64,000 nt of DNA from an archaeon (GCA_018694115.1 JABHNB010000005.1:374-64373), one strand, 5' to 3'; positions 19,840 through 29,572 are shown, counted from the first letter of the stretch. The notes: generated by a model from the sequence alone, not told the origin. A program made the numbers and translations.

Positions 19840-20685
19840 ATGAACTTCCCAGAATTAGCAATACTTAAACCTACTTCTAGATGTAATCAAAATTGTAAAT
19901 ATTGCTATGACGTAAAAAATCCTTGCGAAATTTCCTTAGATGAAATAAAGAAAATTATTTCTTATATCTCCCAAAATGGGACAAAATCGGTAATTATTAG
20001 TGGTGGAGAACCTCTTCTTAGGGAAGATATTGGAGAAATAATGGCAGAAATAAAATCTAAAGGTTTAAACGTTTTTTTAGATACAAATGGAGATTTCTTT
20101 CTAGATAGGTTAAATGAAATTGAAAGAAATATCGATATCTTGGGATTGCCCCTAGATGGTCCTTCAGAAGAGTTTTCATATAGGGGGAAGGAAAATTTCC
20201 AAAATGTGATAAAGATACTTGAGCATTATAAATCTAAAAAAGAACGGCCAAAAATTAGAATCGGGACCGTTGTGACAAAAGAAAATATAAATCTTTTGGA
20301 AGATATCGCGAAATTAATAAGAAATTTTGAAATAGACGTGTGGAAAATTTATCAGTTCATGCCTACTGGCCCTCTAGCAACAAAAAATAGGGCTGCTTTG
20401 GAAATTGACGAAAGAAGCTTTCTCGAGGCCATTAAAAATTTAAAAGATAAAAACCTCCAGTTAAACATATTAACTTGTTCCTCAGAAAGTCGCAAGAGAG
20501 CTCATTTTTTTATAGGATCTGACGGAAAAGTATATGTTCCCGAAGACGAGAAGGGAGATTGCAAGATTCTTGGAAGTGTGTTTGAAAAGGGCACAATTGA
20601 AGAATGGAAAAGAATAACGGACCTAAAAAGCTATAAAGAAAATTCCGAAAAAGTTCTTTACCCCCTGTCTTTAGAAGAGCATTAA
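19840..20685 (+). CDS. viperin-like radical SAM enzyme (pVip family candidate)
   Basis: CNQNCKYC and ISGGEPLL motifs. Collinear resemblance to viperin beyond the radical-SAM core: IDILGLPLDGPSEEF vs ILAISCDSFDEE, and DVWKIYQ vs VRWKVFQ. Confidence 0.55.
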   Translation: MNFPELAILKPTSRCNQNCKYCYDVKNPCEISLDEIKKIISYISQNGTKSVIISGGEPLLREDIGEIMAEIKSKGLNVFLDTNGDFFLDRLNEIERNIDILGLPLDGPSEEFSYRGKENFQNVIKILEHYKSKKERPKIRIGTVVTKENINLLEDIAKLIRNFEIDVWKIYQFMPTGPLATKNRAALEIDERSFLEAIKNLKDKNLQLNILTCSSESRKRAHFFIGSDGKVYVPEDEKGDCKILGSVFEKGTIEEWKRITDLKSYKENSEKVLYPLSLEEH

Positions 20686-20691
20686 AACGTC

Positions 20692-21318
20692 CTATCCCAA
20701 CCAACGAAGTCTTCCCGGTCGCGGCTCGTAAATCAAACCTTCTTCAAGAAGGGATTTTATTTCATTATTGATCAGGTCTGGAGAAGCTTCAGTATCCATA
20801 ATGATTACATCAATATCTAATCCTCCATCTGTTTCCGCTTCCTTAATCTTCTGCATAATCATATCCTTAAGCGGGGAGTTTGAATCTTCTGGTAAATCTT
20901 TCCTAGAATTTTGAATTTCTAATTTCCTAACAAGTAACCATCTTGGATCAACCTTTTTTACAACTTCTGGAATAATATAAAGTTCAGCATTCCACTCCCT
21001 AACTGTCCCAATAATTTGAAGAGTATCCCCTTGCACTACCTCTTTTAATCCTTCAATATCTTCACCAAATGCCTTGAGTCTGATCTGTCCAGATGCATCA
21101 TCAACCGTAAGTGAAGCATACTTTTTCTCTCCATCCTGAATATATTTATCTACACAATTCGCAAGAATATTTACTCGAGCAACTTTCTTATCTCCCAACT
21201 CAACAAATAAGAACTTATCTCCGTCTGTAATTGGTCTTGCCTTAAGGATATCTCCAATTCGCAATTTAAATGCAATATTCCTCTTCCTTTGTTCTCCTGT
21301 TTCAATCGCCTCAGCCAT
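20692..21318 (-). CDS. OB-fold nucleic-acid-binding protein (RPA-like) with C-terminal winged-helix-like region
   Basis: OB-fold-like pattern in residues ~15-120. Adjacent to MCM on the same strand. Confidence 0.4.
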   Translation of the reverse strand: MAEAIETGEQRKRNIAFKLRIGDILKARPITDGDKFLFVELGDKKVARVNILANCVDKYIQDGEKKYASLTVDDASGQIRLKAFGEDIEGLKEVVQGDTLQIIGTVREWNAELYIIPEVVKKVDPRWLLVRKLEIQNSRKDLPEDSNSPLKDMIMQKIKEAETDGGLDIDVIIMDTEASPDLINNEIKSLLEEGLIYEPRPGRLRWLG

Positions 21319-21378
21319 GTTCTAAAAATAGTGTTTGGTTTTATAAGGATTATTGTGGTTGAGTTGATACTCTTTCCA

Positions 21379-23433
21379 TCACATCCTTTGAATATAACCT
21401 CGTTTAGGTCTAAATAAATCTCCTGCCTTAACCATCTTTCCCAAGGCCTCTTCAAAATCTGAGTCCTTCATCTTTTCCTTAAGTTCTTTTTCTAATTCTT
21501 CTATCGGAATTAATTTCCCCAGCCGATTTTCCAGAGCTTCGACTGCCTCCCGAATAATAGACATCTTATTCCTTTTAGAGGCAGAATTTCCACTGATTTT
21601 ATCAATATCAATTGTCTTTGTCTCTTCATCATAACCCACTTGCATCAAATATCCCTTAACTAGCGAGATTGCGGCAAGAGCATCTTTCTTGGTAACCTTC
21701 TTACTCAATCTAATCCTTGCATGAGCCTCTGCCAAACGAACCAATGCTTCAAGCTGTCGAGCACCGATAGGAATCGGACGATTAGGACTATCTCCTAACT
21801 GTGGTTGATTACGAAGACCAACATAAAAACTCTTCATCTCGGCAACTGCCTCATCCGTAAGGATTGGATCATATTTCTGTTTTGCATATGAAACATATTT
21901 TCTCAATAAATCCCTATCGATTACATCATGCTGAGTCTTATGTTTTGTATCCTGCTTATGTTCCATTAAAACATGCATTGCAATGGATTCATCCCGATCC
22001 TTGCTGGGGATATCCCGCATAATAAAAATACAGTCAAAACGACTTAACAATGAGGGTGGGAGGTTTACCTGTTTAGGAATAGATTGCGTTGGATCAAATC
22101 GACCAAACTTTGGATTAGCCGCCGCAAGAACTGCAGTCTGAGAACGCAAGGTTGCTTGAACCGTAGCCTTAGAAATTGTAACTGTCTGTTGTTCCATCGC
22201 CTCATGCATTGTACTCCGATCTTCCTCATCCATCTTATCGAACTCATCAATACAAATCAACCCCTTATTCGCCAAAACCATTGCACCAGCCTCAAGAGAC
22301 CAACCCTTCAACAATTCATCCTTAACTACCGTAGCAGTTAATCCCGCACCAGTTGCGGATTTTCCCGAAACATATCTTGCCTTTGGCGCAATTCCTGAAA
22401 TAAAACCTAACATAACCGATTTCGCAACACCTGGATCTCCCACAAGAAGGATATGAATATCTCCCCTCATCTTTGTCCCATCACTTCGCTGTTTCTTTAC
22501 TCCCCCGAATAATTGAAATGCCAACGCCCTTTTCTCTTCGTTTTGTCCCCAAATAGATGGCGCAATACTTCCAACCATTTTATCCATAATCTGGGGGTCA
22601 GCAGCCAATTCTCTAATTGCTCTTTCATCCTCTTCACTAATATCTACATCTTCAAAACTCTCTTCAAGGGGAACAACATTATTCGCCTCAATAGCCAAAT
22701 CAAACCTTGTCAAGACTGCCCCCGAAGATGAAGATAACGCAATTTCTTTCAAAATTCCAATAATCATAACCCTACTTCCTGGAGTTGTTCTCATCTCCAT
22801 CTTTGGATCAACTAAATCTTCCTTAAGGAAAATATTCATTCTCTTTGGTTGCTCTCCTCCACTAAGGTTGTCAGATGCTTCTTCAATTGTTAATGCCTGT
22901 GCGTCAACCATATGCTTAGATATTTCCTTAAATCCTCCCCGCCTTCCACAAGAACATCTTGACGGTTCCTTGAACTTCTTATCAATCTGCAAAACAGAAA
23001 TAATCGTTCCACATGAAGGACATTCAAATTTCGCGTTTGTAACTAATGGTCGAACTTCAGAGGCCTTTCGAACGATACCTTCAATACTAACCATCTTTCC
23101 AAGATGCTTTGCCCGAATATTTCTAATTAAGATCTCTTGGGACTTTGAGATACTTATGAATCTTGCTCGAGCGTTGTTTGGTGCCCACTCTAACTCTTCA
23201 AGTGCAATTTCCAATAACTGGACTGTTTCTTCAGGCCTGTCCAATAATTGCTCTGCTAATTGTGGAGAGTGTGCAGAAAAATCCTCAAAATCAATATGAA
23301 CAATCTTATCTCCCCGTTTCTTAACTTCACCAATGTCTTTCCGATTCATTTCAAAGAATTCTTTTGCATCCGCTAGAAATTCATCTTGATTAATTCTTTC
23401 AGGACTATTCCCCTCTTTTGGTTCATCCACCAT
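21379..23433 (-). CDS. mcm: minichromosome maintenance replicative helicase MCM
   Basis: N-terminal Zn-finger (CPSCG...CSCG). Walker A (GDPGVAKS), Walker B (IDEFDKM), arginine finger (SRFD) and C-terminal wH. Confidence 0.85.
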   Translation of the reverse strand: MVDEPKEGNSPERINQDEFLADAKEFFEMNRKDIGEVKKRGDKIVHIDFEDFSAHSPQLAEQLLDRPEETVQLLEIALEELEWAPNNARARFISISKSQEILIRNIRAKHLGKMVSIEGIVRKASEVRPLVTNAKFECPSCGTIISVLQIDKKFKEPSRCSCGRRGGFKEISKHMVDAQALTIEEASDNLSGGEQPKRMNIFLKEDLVDPKMEMRTTPGSRVMIIGILKEIALSSSSGAVLTRFDLAIEANNVVPLEESFEDVDISEEDERAIRELAADPQIMDKMVGSIAPSIWGQNEEKRALAFQLFGGVKKQRSDGTKMRGDIHILLVGDPGVAKSVMLGFISGIAPKARYVSGKSATGAGLTATVVKDELLKGWSLEAGAMVLANKGLICIDEFDKMDEEDRSTMHEAMEQQTVTISKATVQATLRSQTAVLAAANPKFGRFDPTQSIPKQVNLPPSLLSRFDCIFIMRDIPSKDRDESIAMHVLMEHKQDTKHKTQHDVIDRDLLRKYVSYAKQKYDPILTDEAVAEMKSFYVGLRNQPQLGDSPNRPIPIGARQLEALVRLAEAHARIRLSKKVTKKDALAAISLVKGYLMQVGYDEETKTIDIDKISGNSASKRNKMSIIREAVEALENRLGKLIPIEELEKELKEKMKDSDFEEALGKMVKAGDLFRPKRGYIQRM

Positions 23434-23486
23434 GGACTGAAAACCCCATAGTCTTATTTAAGTATTATTGGCATGCAAAGTATATA

Positions 23487-24359
23487 CTAATTGTAAACAA
23501 ATTCTGCCCGACCAAGGATCGCCTTTTCCTTAGTTTTCTTATAAACTCCAACGAATATCTCCCCTTTCTTATCTTTAACAAATGCCGCAAAACAGGCTTC
23601 ATTTGCTAATTTCTTAATAACCTCATCAGAAGCGATAGTATCCTTACGAAACAGCGGTTTTCCGTTGTATAATGCTTTCAAAACTTGCTTATCCACATAA
23701 ACAACTGGCATAACCTTCTTTATGGAATCTTCTGCTGGAACAATCATCTTTCTCAATGGTTTTTCATTCTCCCTTTCCTTCCAATCCCAAACAGCTTTCT
23801 CAAAATCCTCAAGTCTAACAAGGGTCTTCTCATCAAATATTCCTGCCATCGTCCTTCGAAGCTCCCCCATATGTGCTCCGCCAATCATTTCACCTAAATC
23901 CGAACAAATCTTCCGAATATATGTTCCTCCTTCAACCTTGCAATAGAAAAGAAACTCTCTGCCATCCGCATTAGCTTCCAGGAATTCAAATTTATAGACC
24001 TCACGAACCCTCTCTGCCCGTTTAACGGCAGATCTCACAGGAGGAACTTGCTTTATCTTTCCAGTAAAGTTCCTATCAATCAATTCCTGCAACTCTTCCA
24101 TCTTCTGGGGCTTATGTGTCTGCAAGATCCCGATATAGCTCTTATCATGCCGTATAAAGTGATCTGCCAGTCTACAAGCCCTTCCCAGAGTAATCGGCAA
24201 AACTCCCGTAACCTTTGGATCAAGCGTCCCCATATGGGAAGTCTTCTTCAGTCCCAGCTTCCGCTTCACAAACTCAGAAACGGAGTATGATGTCGGCCCA
24301 GCCGGTTTATCGATGTTTATTAGCCCGAAGTTCAGGAGTTTTTGGATGTCTTGTACCAT
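23487..24359 (-). CDS. cbf5: tRNA/rRNA pseudouridine synthase Cbf5 (TruB family) with PUA domain
   Basis: INIDKPAGPTS...HMGTLDPKVTGVLPI catalytic motif. C-terminal PUA-like region. Confidence 0.8.
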   Translation of the reverse strand: MVQDIQKLLNFGLINIDKPAGPTSYSVSEFVKRKLGLKKTSHMGTLDPKVTGVLPITLGRACRLADHFIRHDKSYIGILQTHKPQKMEELQELIDRNFTGKIKQVPPVRSAVKRAERVREVYKFEFLEANADGREFLFYCKVEGGTYIRKICSDLGEMIGGAHMGELRRTMAGIFDEKTLVRLEDFEKAVWDWKERENEKPLRKMIVPAEDSIKKVMPVVYVDKQVLKALYNGKPLFRKDTIASDEVIKKLANEACFAAFVKDKKGEIFVGVYKKTKEKAILGRAEFVYN

Positions 24360-24419
24360 AAATCAAAATATATGTCTCACTATATAAATTGTTTTAAATG
24401 GAGTTAATAGATTAATTTT

Positions 24420-24917
24420 ATGGAAACAACAAGAAGGAATTTTTTGAAGAGTTTAGCAGTAATTCCATTAGTTGGGTTGGGGTGCGAAAGCCGAGAAGAT
24501 AGATATTCTGAACTTGATAAAAAGATCGTAAAAGTGGTAAATGAATCTAGAGTCTCTCGTGAACATAGTTTAGAAGTAATGGTTGGGAAAAAGAAAGTAT
24601 CCGTTAAATTACATGGGGGGGCAGTGGGTGATAGAAGAATGGATTATCGAGTCGAAGATACATACGTGGAGATGAGGACGGGATCCGAAACTCCCAATAT
24701 TTATCAGATAATTGATGAGTCTCAGTTAAAAGCTTCCCCAAATTCTATGTACCGAGATTCAGATGCTCTCAGAGGAGTTAGAAATGATCCCGAGGCAGTC
24801 AGTAATGCTAAGGAATTTGGAAAGAAAGTCGCTGATGCCGTAGACAGTTATCAACAAGCTGCAATTAAGAAATCTGCCAAAAAAGCTAGAGAGACATTAT
24901 CTTCGGATAAAGAATAG
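24420..24917 (+). CDS. secreted lipoprotein, Tat-type signal (hypothetical)
   Basis: TRRNFLK twin-Arg motif, hydrophobic stretch and lipobox-like GLGC. Confidence 0.4.
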   Translation: METTRRNFLKSLAVIPLVGLGCESREDRYSELDKKIVKVVNESRVSREHSLEVMVGKKKVSVKLHGGAVGDRRMDYRVEDTYVEMRTGSETPNIYQIIDESQLKASPNSMYRDSDALRGVRNDPEAVSNAKEFGKKVADAVDSYQQAAIKKSAKKARETLSSDKE

Positions 24918-24919
24918 TT

Positions 24920-25636
24920 CTAAATCTCACCCTTCAAATAACTCTTCCTTTTCCCCTCTTCAAATCTCTCAATTGCATACCTCAACATTGTTCGGGGCAT
25001 CATCATATATCTTCCGCCTTCTTGTAAAAATTTCTCAAGAACCTTCTGGTTTCTCTTACCAATTTCACGCAACATCCAGCCAACAGCTTTATGGATCAAA
25101 TCATGTCCGTCTTTTAACAATAACTTCGCAATCTTCAATGTATCTCCAAAATCTCCCGCCCGAATAAAAGCAAATGTCGCAAGAATCGCGATTCGCCTTT
25201 CCCATAAATTATCACTCTTAACTAAATCATACAATACTTTCCTCTCTTTCTTCTTATCAAGCAAGTAACCCCCCACAACATATGGTGCAGACAAATCAAC
25301 TATATCCCAATTATTTATTCCCCGAGTATTTCCCAAATAGAAATCATAGATCTTCTTTTTCTCTTGTTCATCAGAGGCACGTTTAAACTTCTCAACCAAA
25401 ATCAAAGATCCCACATTTCTCTCATCATGAATTTCAGAATCCAGCAAACTTTTAACATCCTCAAAACTAGCTTCCTCCCAAAACTTCTTAACAACAGCCC
25501 TCTGCCGAGGCATCATCACCCCTAAAAAAATATCCCCTTCACCATACTGCCCTGGCCCAGTCTTGAAAAATCCTTGGAGGATTTTAGCTTTCTCTGGATT
25601 TGCATACTTCTTCAAGGCATCTTTGACGCTTTTCAT
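24920..25636 (-). CDS. DNA alkylation repair protein (AlkD/AlkC-like HEAT-repeat glycosylase family)
   Basis: The N-terminal pattern (ALKKYANPEKAKILQGFFKTGPGQYGEGDIFLGV) and helical repeat architecture match the DNA_alkylation family. Confidence 0.55.
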   Translation of the reverse strand: MKSVKDALKKYANPEKAKILQGFFKTGPGQYGEGDIFLGVMMPRQRAVVKKFWEEASFEDVKSLLDSEIHDERNVGSLILVEKFKRASDEQEKKKIYDFYLGNTRGINNWDIVDLSAPYVVGGYLLDKKKERKVLYDLVKSDNLWERRIAILATFAFIRAGDFGDTLKIAKLLLKDGHDLIHKAVGWMLREIGKRNQKVLEKFLQEGGRYMMMPRTMLRYAIERFEEGKRKSYLKGEI

Positions 25637-26061
25637 TCTAATCCAAAGAATAATTTAATACAAAGATCTTCATCAAGAACCAAAGGTAGGCCTAATGCAT
25701 CTTCTGGAGAAGCCCATTGAAAATCTTTATGTTCTTCAGATCTAAGATTTATCTCAGGTTTTTCTTCAAACGGAGAATGAAAGATATGATAAACAAAATC
25801 ATAGTCCGGAAGTCTCACAAATATTTTCTTAAAATGATTGGCTTCTGGAAGATTCAATCCTGTTTCTTCCATTACTTCTCTAACAATCGCTTCACCAATA
25901 TTTTCCCCTTCATCAACCTTTCCAGCAGGACATCCCCAAGTTCCTCCCTGTGGCTTATGATCCTGGCGATGAAGAAGTAAAATCTTTCCATCAACTTCAA
26001 CAAAACATCCAACTACTTCAAAAGTAGGTTCAAAATTCTCGGGTTCTTCTTCGTAAATCAT
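25633..26061 (-). CDS. NUDIX hydrolase
   Basis: Nudix box GKVDEGENIGEAIVREVMEETGL. Confidence 0.65.
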   Translation of the reverse strand: MIYEEEPENFEPTFEVVGCFVEVDGKILLLHRQDHKPQGGTWGCPAGKVDEGENIGEAIVREVMEETGLNLPEANHFKKIFVRLPDYDFVYHIFHSPFEEKPEINLRSEEHKDFQWASPEDALGLPLVLDEDLCIKLFFGLE

Positions 26062-26090
26062 ATAACTAAACAGAGAAGGGAGTTATAAAC

Positions 26091-26744
26091 TTAAGCAAAT
26101 GCTTGCCTAAGTTTTGAAGTCACATAAGATTCTGCCCTTTCAGGCATGCTTAGGTGGCCACAGTTCGAGATAATTATTGGCTCGGGACAGTCTGTTTTGC
26201 TAGAATCTTCAAAATCTCCAGGAACATAGATTCTTCCCCTGGCAGGATAAAAGTTTGTATCATTGTCTCCCCATATCTGAACCATCCGCTTAAGATTGTT
26301 TCCAACTTTTTTTAGTGGACGTGGATCAACACCATCAATAACAATCCCCAAATCAACTGGGATTCCCTTTCGTTTACATTTTTCAATAAATTCTTCCGTT
26401 GGCCATCTTCCCATACTGTATCCTACTGCTGCAATTGGCAGATTATGATTATGTGCAACTTCAGCAACCTTTATTGCATTGTCAACTTTCCCCCAGCTAA
26501 TGTAATCCTGCGCTCCGACAGCCCTCGCAGATCGTTTTAATGGGGCATCTAAACTATCAAATAAAAATCCATGAAATCCAACAACTAATCCGTTCTTAGT
26601 CTCTAGTGCTTTAGAATAATCTTTTAGTGAACTTGCAGAAATTCCACAACCCGCTAACGTCGAAGCCGCAGCCGCACCCCCAAGCCCATATAAACTATTC
26701 TTTAGAAATCTTCTTCGTGACATTACTGTGTTGTTCTTTATCAT
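26091..26744 (-). CDS. Tat-secreted alpha/beta-hydrolase-like lipoprotein
   Basis: RRRFLK with a lipobox (AGCG). GxSxG nucleophile elbow (GYSMG). Confidence 0.45.
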   Translation of the reverse strand: MIKNNTVMSRRRFLKNSLYGLGGAAAASTLAGCGISASSLKDYSKALETKNGLVVGFHGFLFDSLDAPLKRSARAVGAQDYISWGKVDNAIKVAEVAHNHNLPIAAVGYSMGRWPTEEFIEKCKRKGIPVDLGIVIDGVDPRPLKKVGNNLKRMVQIWGDNDTNFYPARGRIYVPGDFEDSSKTDCPEPIIISNCGHLSMPERAESYVTSKLRQAFA

Positions 26745-26756
26745 TAATCAATCCCA

Positions 26757-27518
26757 TCACTTCTTCAATGCCTTTCGAACCGGCATAGTTTTCTTCATAT
26801 GCTTTCCTTGAGCTGTATGTTTCATTTCCTTAGCTACGTTCTTTTCAGTTTTAGCTGCTTTTTCTGCAACAGACTTTTTATCTTCAGCTTCTTCAATCTT
26901 ATCGGCTACACCATCTTTATCCTTATCAGTTTCAGCTTCTTCTTTTGCCTTCTTTGGCGCTTTCTTCTTATTCTTAGAAGCTGCAGCCTTTCTCTTTTCT
27001 TCACGAGCAATCTTAAACTTAACAACTTCTGGAACTTCAGCCAATTCAGCATATACGATTCCATCTCGCTTTACTGCCTTAACTTTAATCTTATTAGCCG
27101 GCTTCTTAATTCCCCTAAACCATAATTCATTGTTCAAATTAATATCAATCTTAACTAAATTCAAATCTCTATCTTCTACTCTCATATGTTTTGCCAAGAA
27201 TTGTTTTACTACCTTAACTGCTTTCTTAGCTCTCTTATATCTTGGAACGGTCAAAATATATTTCTTAATCGGAATAACATATTCTCTCTCAAGCTCGGCC
27301 TTCTTAGGTTCTGCCTTCTTTTTACCAATCTTAAGTTCGTTGTCATCAGCTTTCTTAACTGCAGGCTTAGATTCCGTTTTAGTCTCAACAGTCTTTCCTT
27401 CTGCCTTGGCAATCGCTTCCTTATTCTCCGGACTACCTTTTATGTCATCAAGCTTTTTAGTTTCCGCCTTAGCTTCTTCTTTCTTCTCTTCCACTTTGGG
27501 TTTTGTTTCTTCTGCCAT
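26757..27518 (-). CDS. rpl31e: ribosomal protein eL31 with Lys-rich N- and C-terminal extensions
   Basis: Core pattern REYVIPIKKYILTVPRYKRAKKAVKVVKQFLAKHMRVED...NELWFRGIKKPANKIKVK matches eL31. The flanks are K/E/A-rich low-complexity. Confidence 0.6.
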   Translation of the reverse strand: MAEETKPKVEEKKEEAKAETKKLDDIKGSPENKEAIAKAEGKTVETKTESKPAVKKADDNELKIGKKKAEPKKAELEREYVIPIKKYILTVPRYKRAKKAVKVVKQFLAKHMRVEDRDLNLVKIDINLNNELWFRGIKKPANKIKVKAVKRDGIVYAELAEVPEVVKFKIAREEKRKAAASKNKKKAPKKAKEEAETDKDKDGVADKIEEAEDKKSVAEKAAKTEKNVAKEMKHTAQGKHMKKTMPVRKALKK

Positions 27519-27733
27519 TATCCTAGATAACTCTTAGGAGTTCTCCTTGGTTTAATCTTCAATTTCTTTGTTCTCCAGTTTCTCTTAACATGTGTAATTC
27601 TCGAAGGATGGATCTTCTTACCCTTTCCAAATTTCTTAAGAACTGTCCAGAATGGTGCCCACTTTGTTTGCTTTCCAGCTTTAGCGAGGTGCCTCTTCTT
27701 GCTACTCCGAGCAATTTCTTTTCTACTTGGCAT
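27518..27733 (-). CDS. rpl39e: ribosomal protein eL39
   Basis: KKRHLAKAGKQTKWAPFWTVLK...HPSRITHVKRNWRTKKLKIK matches the eL39 family pattern. Confidence 0.65.
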   Translation of the reverse strand: MPSRKEIARSSKKRHLAKAGKQTKWAPFWTVLKKFGKGKKIHPSRITHVKRNWRTKKLKIKPRRTPKSYLG

Positions 27734-28316
27734 TTTCTACTTCCTCATCTTTAGTTTCAGTCTTAGGCTCACTAGATTCATCTTTTTGGGATTCAGTTTC
27801 CTCCGCTGATTCTTCAGCTTCCTCTGTTACCTCTTCTGGAACTTCCTGTTCAACTGGAACTGTTTCAACCTTCACACTTTCAAAATCAAGGCCACTAGTT
27901 TCTTCAACTTCAATAGAATCTAATAGTTCTCGTCCTTTAGCAGTTAATCTTCGGCCAAATTGTAATCTGCTTAATTTCTCAACTAAACCTGCAGCTTCCG
28001 CTTGCTGTAAAATCAATCGAATTATCTTTCCACCAGCTTTCTTGAACTTATCGGGCCTTCCGCCCCTATCTTTCCTAGAACCATAACGAGTTCGTAATTT
28101 CCCAACACCTACAACACCTTTAATGTATAATTGCCTTAAGATAGAAGCTGCACGAGTGTACCAAAAATCATCACTTACTGGAGGTCTCTGCCTTGAAGAT
28201 CCAGACTTAGAAAATAATGCCCATTCAGGAATCGCAAACTCAGGAATATTTTTTAGAGCTTCAGCCAAAGCTGGGATAAACTTCACTGGGTCTTTTGCAT
28301 AAATTACTTTTGCCAT
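27723..28316 (-). CDS. rps19e: ribosomal protein eS19 with acidic C-terminal tail
   Basis: EWALFSKSG...FWYTRAASILRQLY...GKIIRLILQQAEAAGLVEK...GRRLTAKGRELLD matches eS19. Confidence 0.7.
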   Translation of the reverse strand: MAKVIYAKDPVKFIPALAEALKNIPEFAIPEWALFSKSGSSRQRPPVSDDFWYTRAASILRQLYIKGVVGVGKLRTRYGSRKDRGGRPDKFKKAGGKIIRLILQQAEAAGLVEKLSRLQFGRRLTAKGRELLDSIEVEETSGLDFESVKVETVPVEQEVPEEVTEEAEESAEETESQKDESSEPKTETKDEEVENAK

Positions 28317-28416
28317 ATTTTCTTAGTTCGGCCTCCCTTGCGGAAGTAAATCGTTAACCTCAAAGAGGAACTTTAACCTAATATCTCATCAAAAAATCAG
28401 TTTATAAAGATTACGA

Positions 28417-28752
28417 TTATCCTGAAATGGGATTCTGAATTGCATCTGCTAACATTCCTTCCAGTTCCTTGATTCTTGCTTGTGAAAACGCAACAGCCAA
28501 ATCAGAATAAGCTAAACGACTATTATTAAGAGAAAAATCCATCACTCCAGCACTCATTGTATGCATCATATCAATCACATGCCTAACATCGCTTACAGCC
28601 ACTTCTTCCAAAACTCCTCTTTGTAAATAGAAATAACTATCTCCAATCCAAAGATTATGATCTTCAGGATTCTTCTGATTTCTCGTTATTTTTATTCCTT
28701 CTCCATCATAGAGAATTTCTCCAGGAGCTATTGCATCTTTACCTTCTGCCAT
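28417..28752 (-). CDS. hypothetical protein
   Basis: 111-aa ORF with no motif. Confidence 0.35.
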   Translation of the reverse strand: MAEGKDAIAPGEILYDGEGIKITRNQKNPEDHNLWIGDSYFYLQRGVLEEVAVSDVRHVIDMMHTMSAGVMDFSLNNSRLAYSDLAVAFSQARIKELEGMLADAIQNPISG

Positions 28753-28799
28753 AATTTATGAACAAAATCTCACTTTATAAGAATTTATATGCTATAGTT

Positions 28800-29084
28800 C
28801 TACCTTTGAGCTTTCCTAAACTTCTTAACTGTCATCACATAACCGATCAACTTATAATCAAAATTCTTTCCTAAACTCTCTACTAAGTCCTGTGCTATTT
28901 TTTCCGCTTCTTTCTTATCTCTACAAGCAGATTTCAAAATAGAGATCTTCACCATCATTTCCTTAGAATTCTCAAAAATGCTCTTTACCTGATTAATAAA
29001 CTCCGGACTAAGCCCATTCTTTCCCAGTTGCAATCTTTTCATTGGTTTTACCATATTATCTTTTCCTATCTGCTCTCTGAACAT
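28800..29084 (-). CDS. CRS1/YhbY (CRM) domain RNA-binding protein
   Basis: LSPEFINQVKSIFENSKEMMVKISILKS...KEAEKIAQDLVESLG...IGYVMTVKK fits the YhbY fold pattern. Confidence 0.55.
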   Translation of the reverse strand: MFREQIGKDNMVKPMKRLQLGKNGLSPEFINQVKSIFENSKEMMVKISILKSACRDKKEAEKIAQDLVESLGKNFDYKLIGYVMTVKKFRKAQR

Positions 29085-29487
29085 CTTCTTTATGCTTGTT
29101 AAAGTTTTCGATGTCCTCTTTTTTAACTTTAATCTTCTTTATGACTTTTCCAACTCCCCAAGTCCCTGCTTTCATCTTTAGGTCTTTTTTCATGTCAGAT
29201 CTAAGAAATTGCTGAACAACAACATCTCGCTTATTATCTCTCCAATCTTGGCTATATCGAGCACAAAAAACCGCGGACTCTTCAATATCCTTATCATTTA
29301 TCTCGCCCTTATCCCCAACGCTACAAAAAGGACTTCCAGGAGCTTTAGTATGCAGCATAACGTTCTTTCTAGGGGCAGTCTTAACTAACGCATCATTCTG
29401 ATCTTCATCCTTTCCTCCGAAAACAAGTTCGCCAGATGACGTAACAAATTCCCGAAATCTTAATGGATTAGCAGCCCCTTGTTTCAT
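29056..29487 (-). CDS. NFACT-R (DUF814) domain RNA-binding protein
   Basis: VFGGKDEDQNDAL...HTKAPGSPFCSV...AVFCARYSQDW...VVVQQ matches the DUF814 consensus. Confidence 0.5.
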   Translation of the reverse strand: MKQGAANPLRFREFVTSSGELVFGGKDEDQNDALVKTAPRKNVMLHTKAPGSPFCSVGDKGEINDKDIEESAVFCARYSQDWRDNKRDVVVQQFLRSDMKKDLKMKAGTWGVGKVIKKIKVKKEDIENFNKHKEDVQRADRKR

Positions 29488-29572
29488 AGTTTATCTAAGA
29501 GAAATAGGTTTATAGATTTATTCAATACTCTCTCAACAACAGTTTATTAAATGGGGAATCCCTAAGTATTAA

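Noticed and set aside
20692-21318. Cdc6/Orc1 or GINS next to MCM
   Set aside because: There is no Walker A/B and no AAA+ features. The sequence looks like an OB-fold plus helical tail, so it is called RPA-like OB-fold protein at low confidence.
21379-23433. Intein insertion in MCM (also considered for CDC48 at 54000..56315)
   Set aside because: Protein lengths are canonical (684 and 771 aa). Walker A/B spacing is uninterrupted, and there are no HNH or splicing-block motifs.
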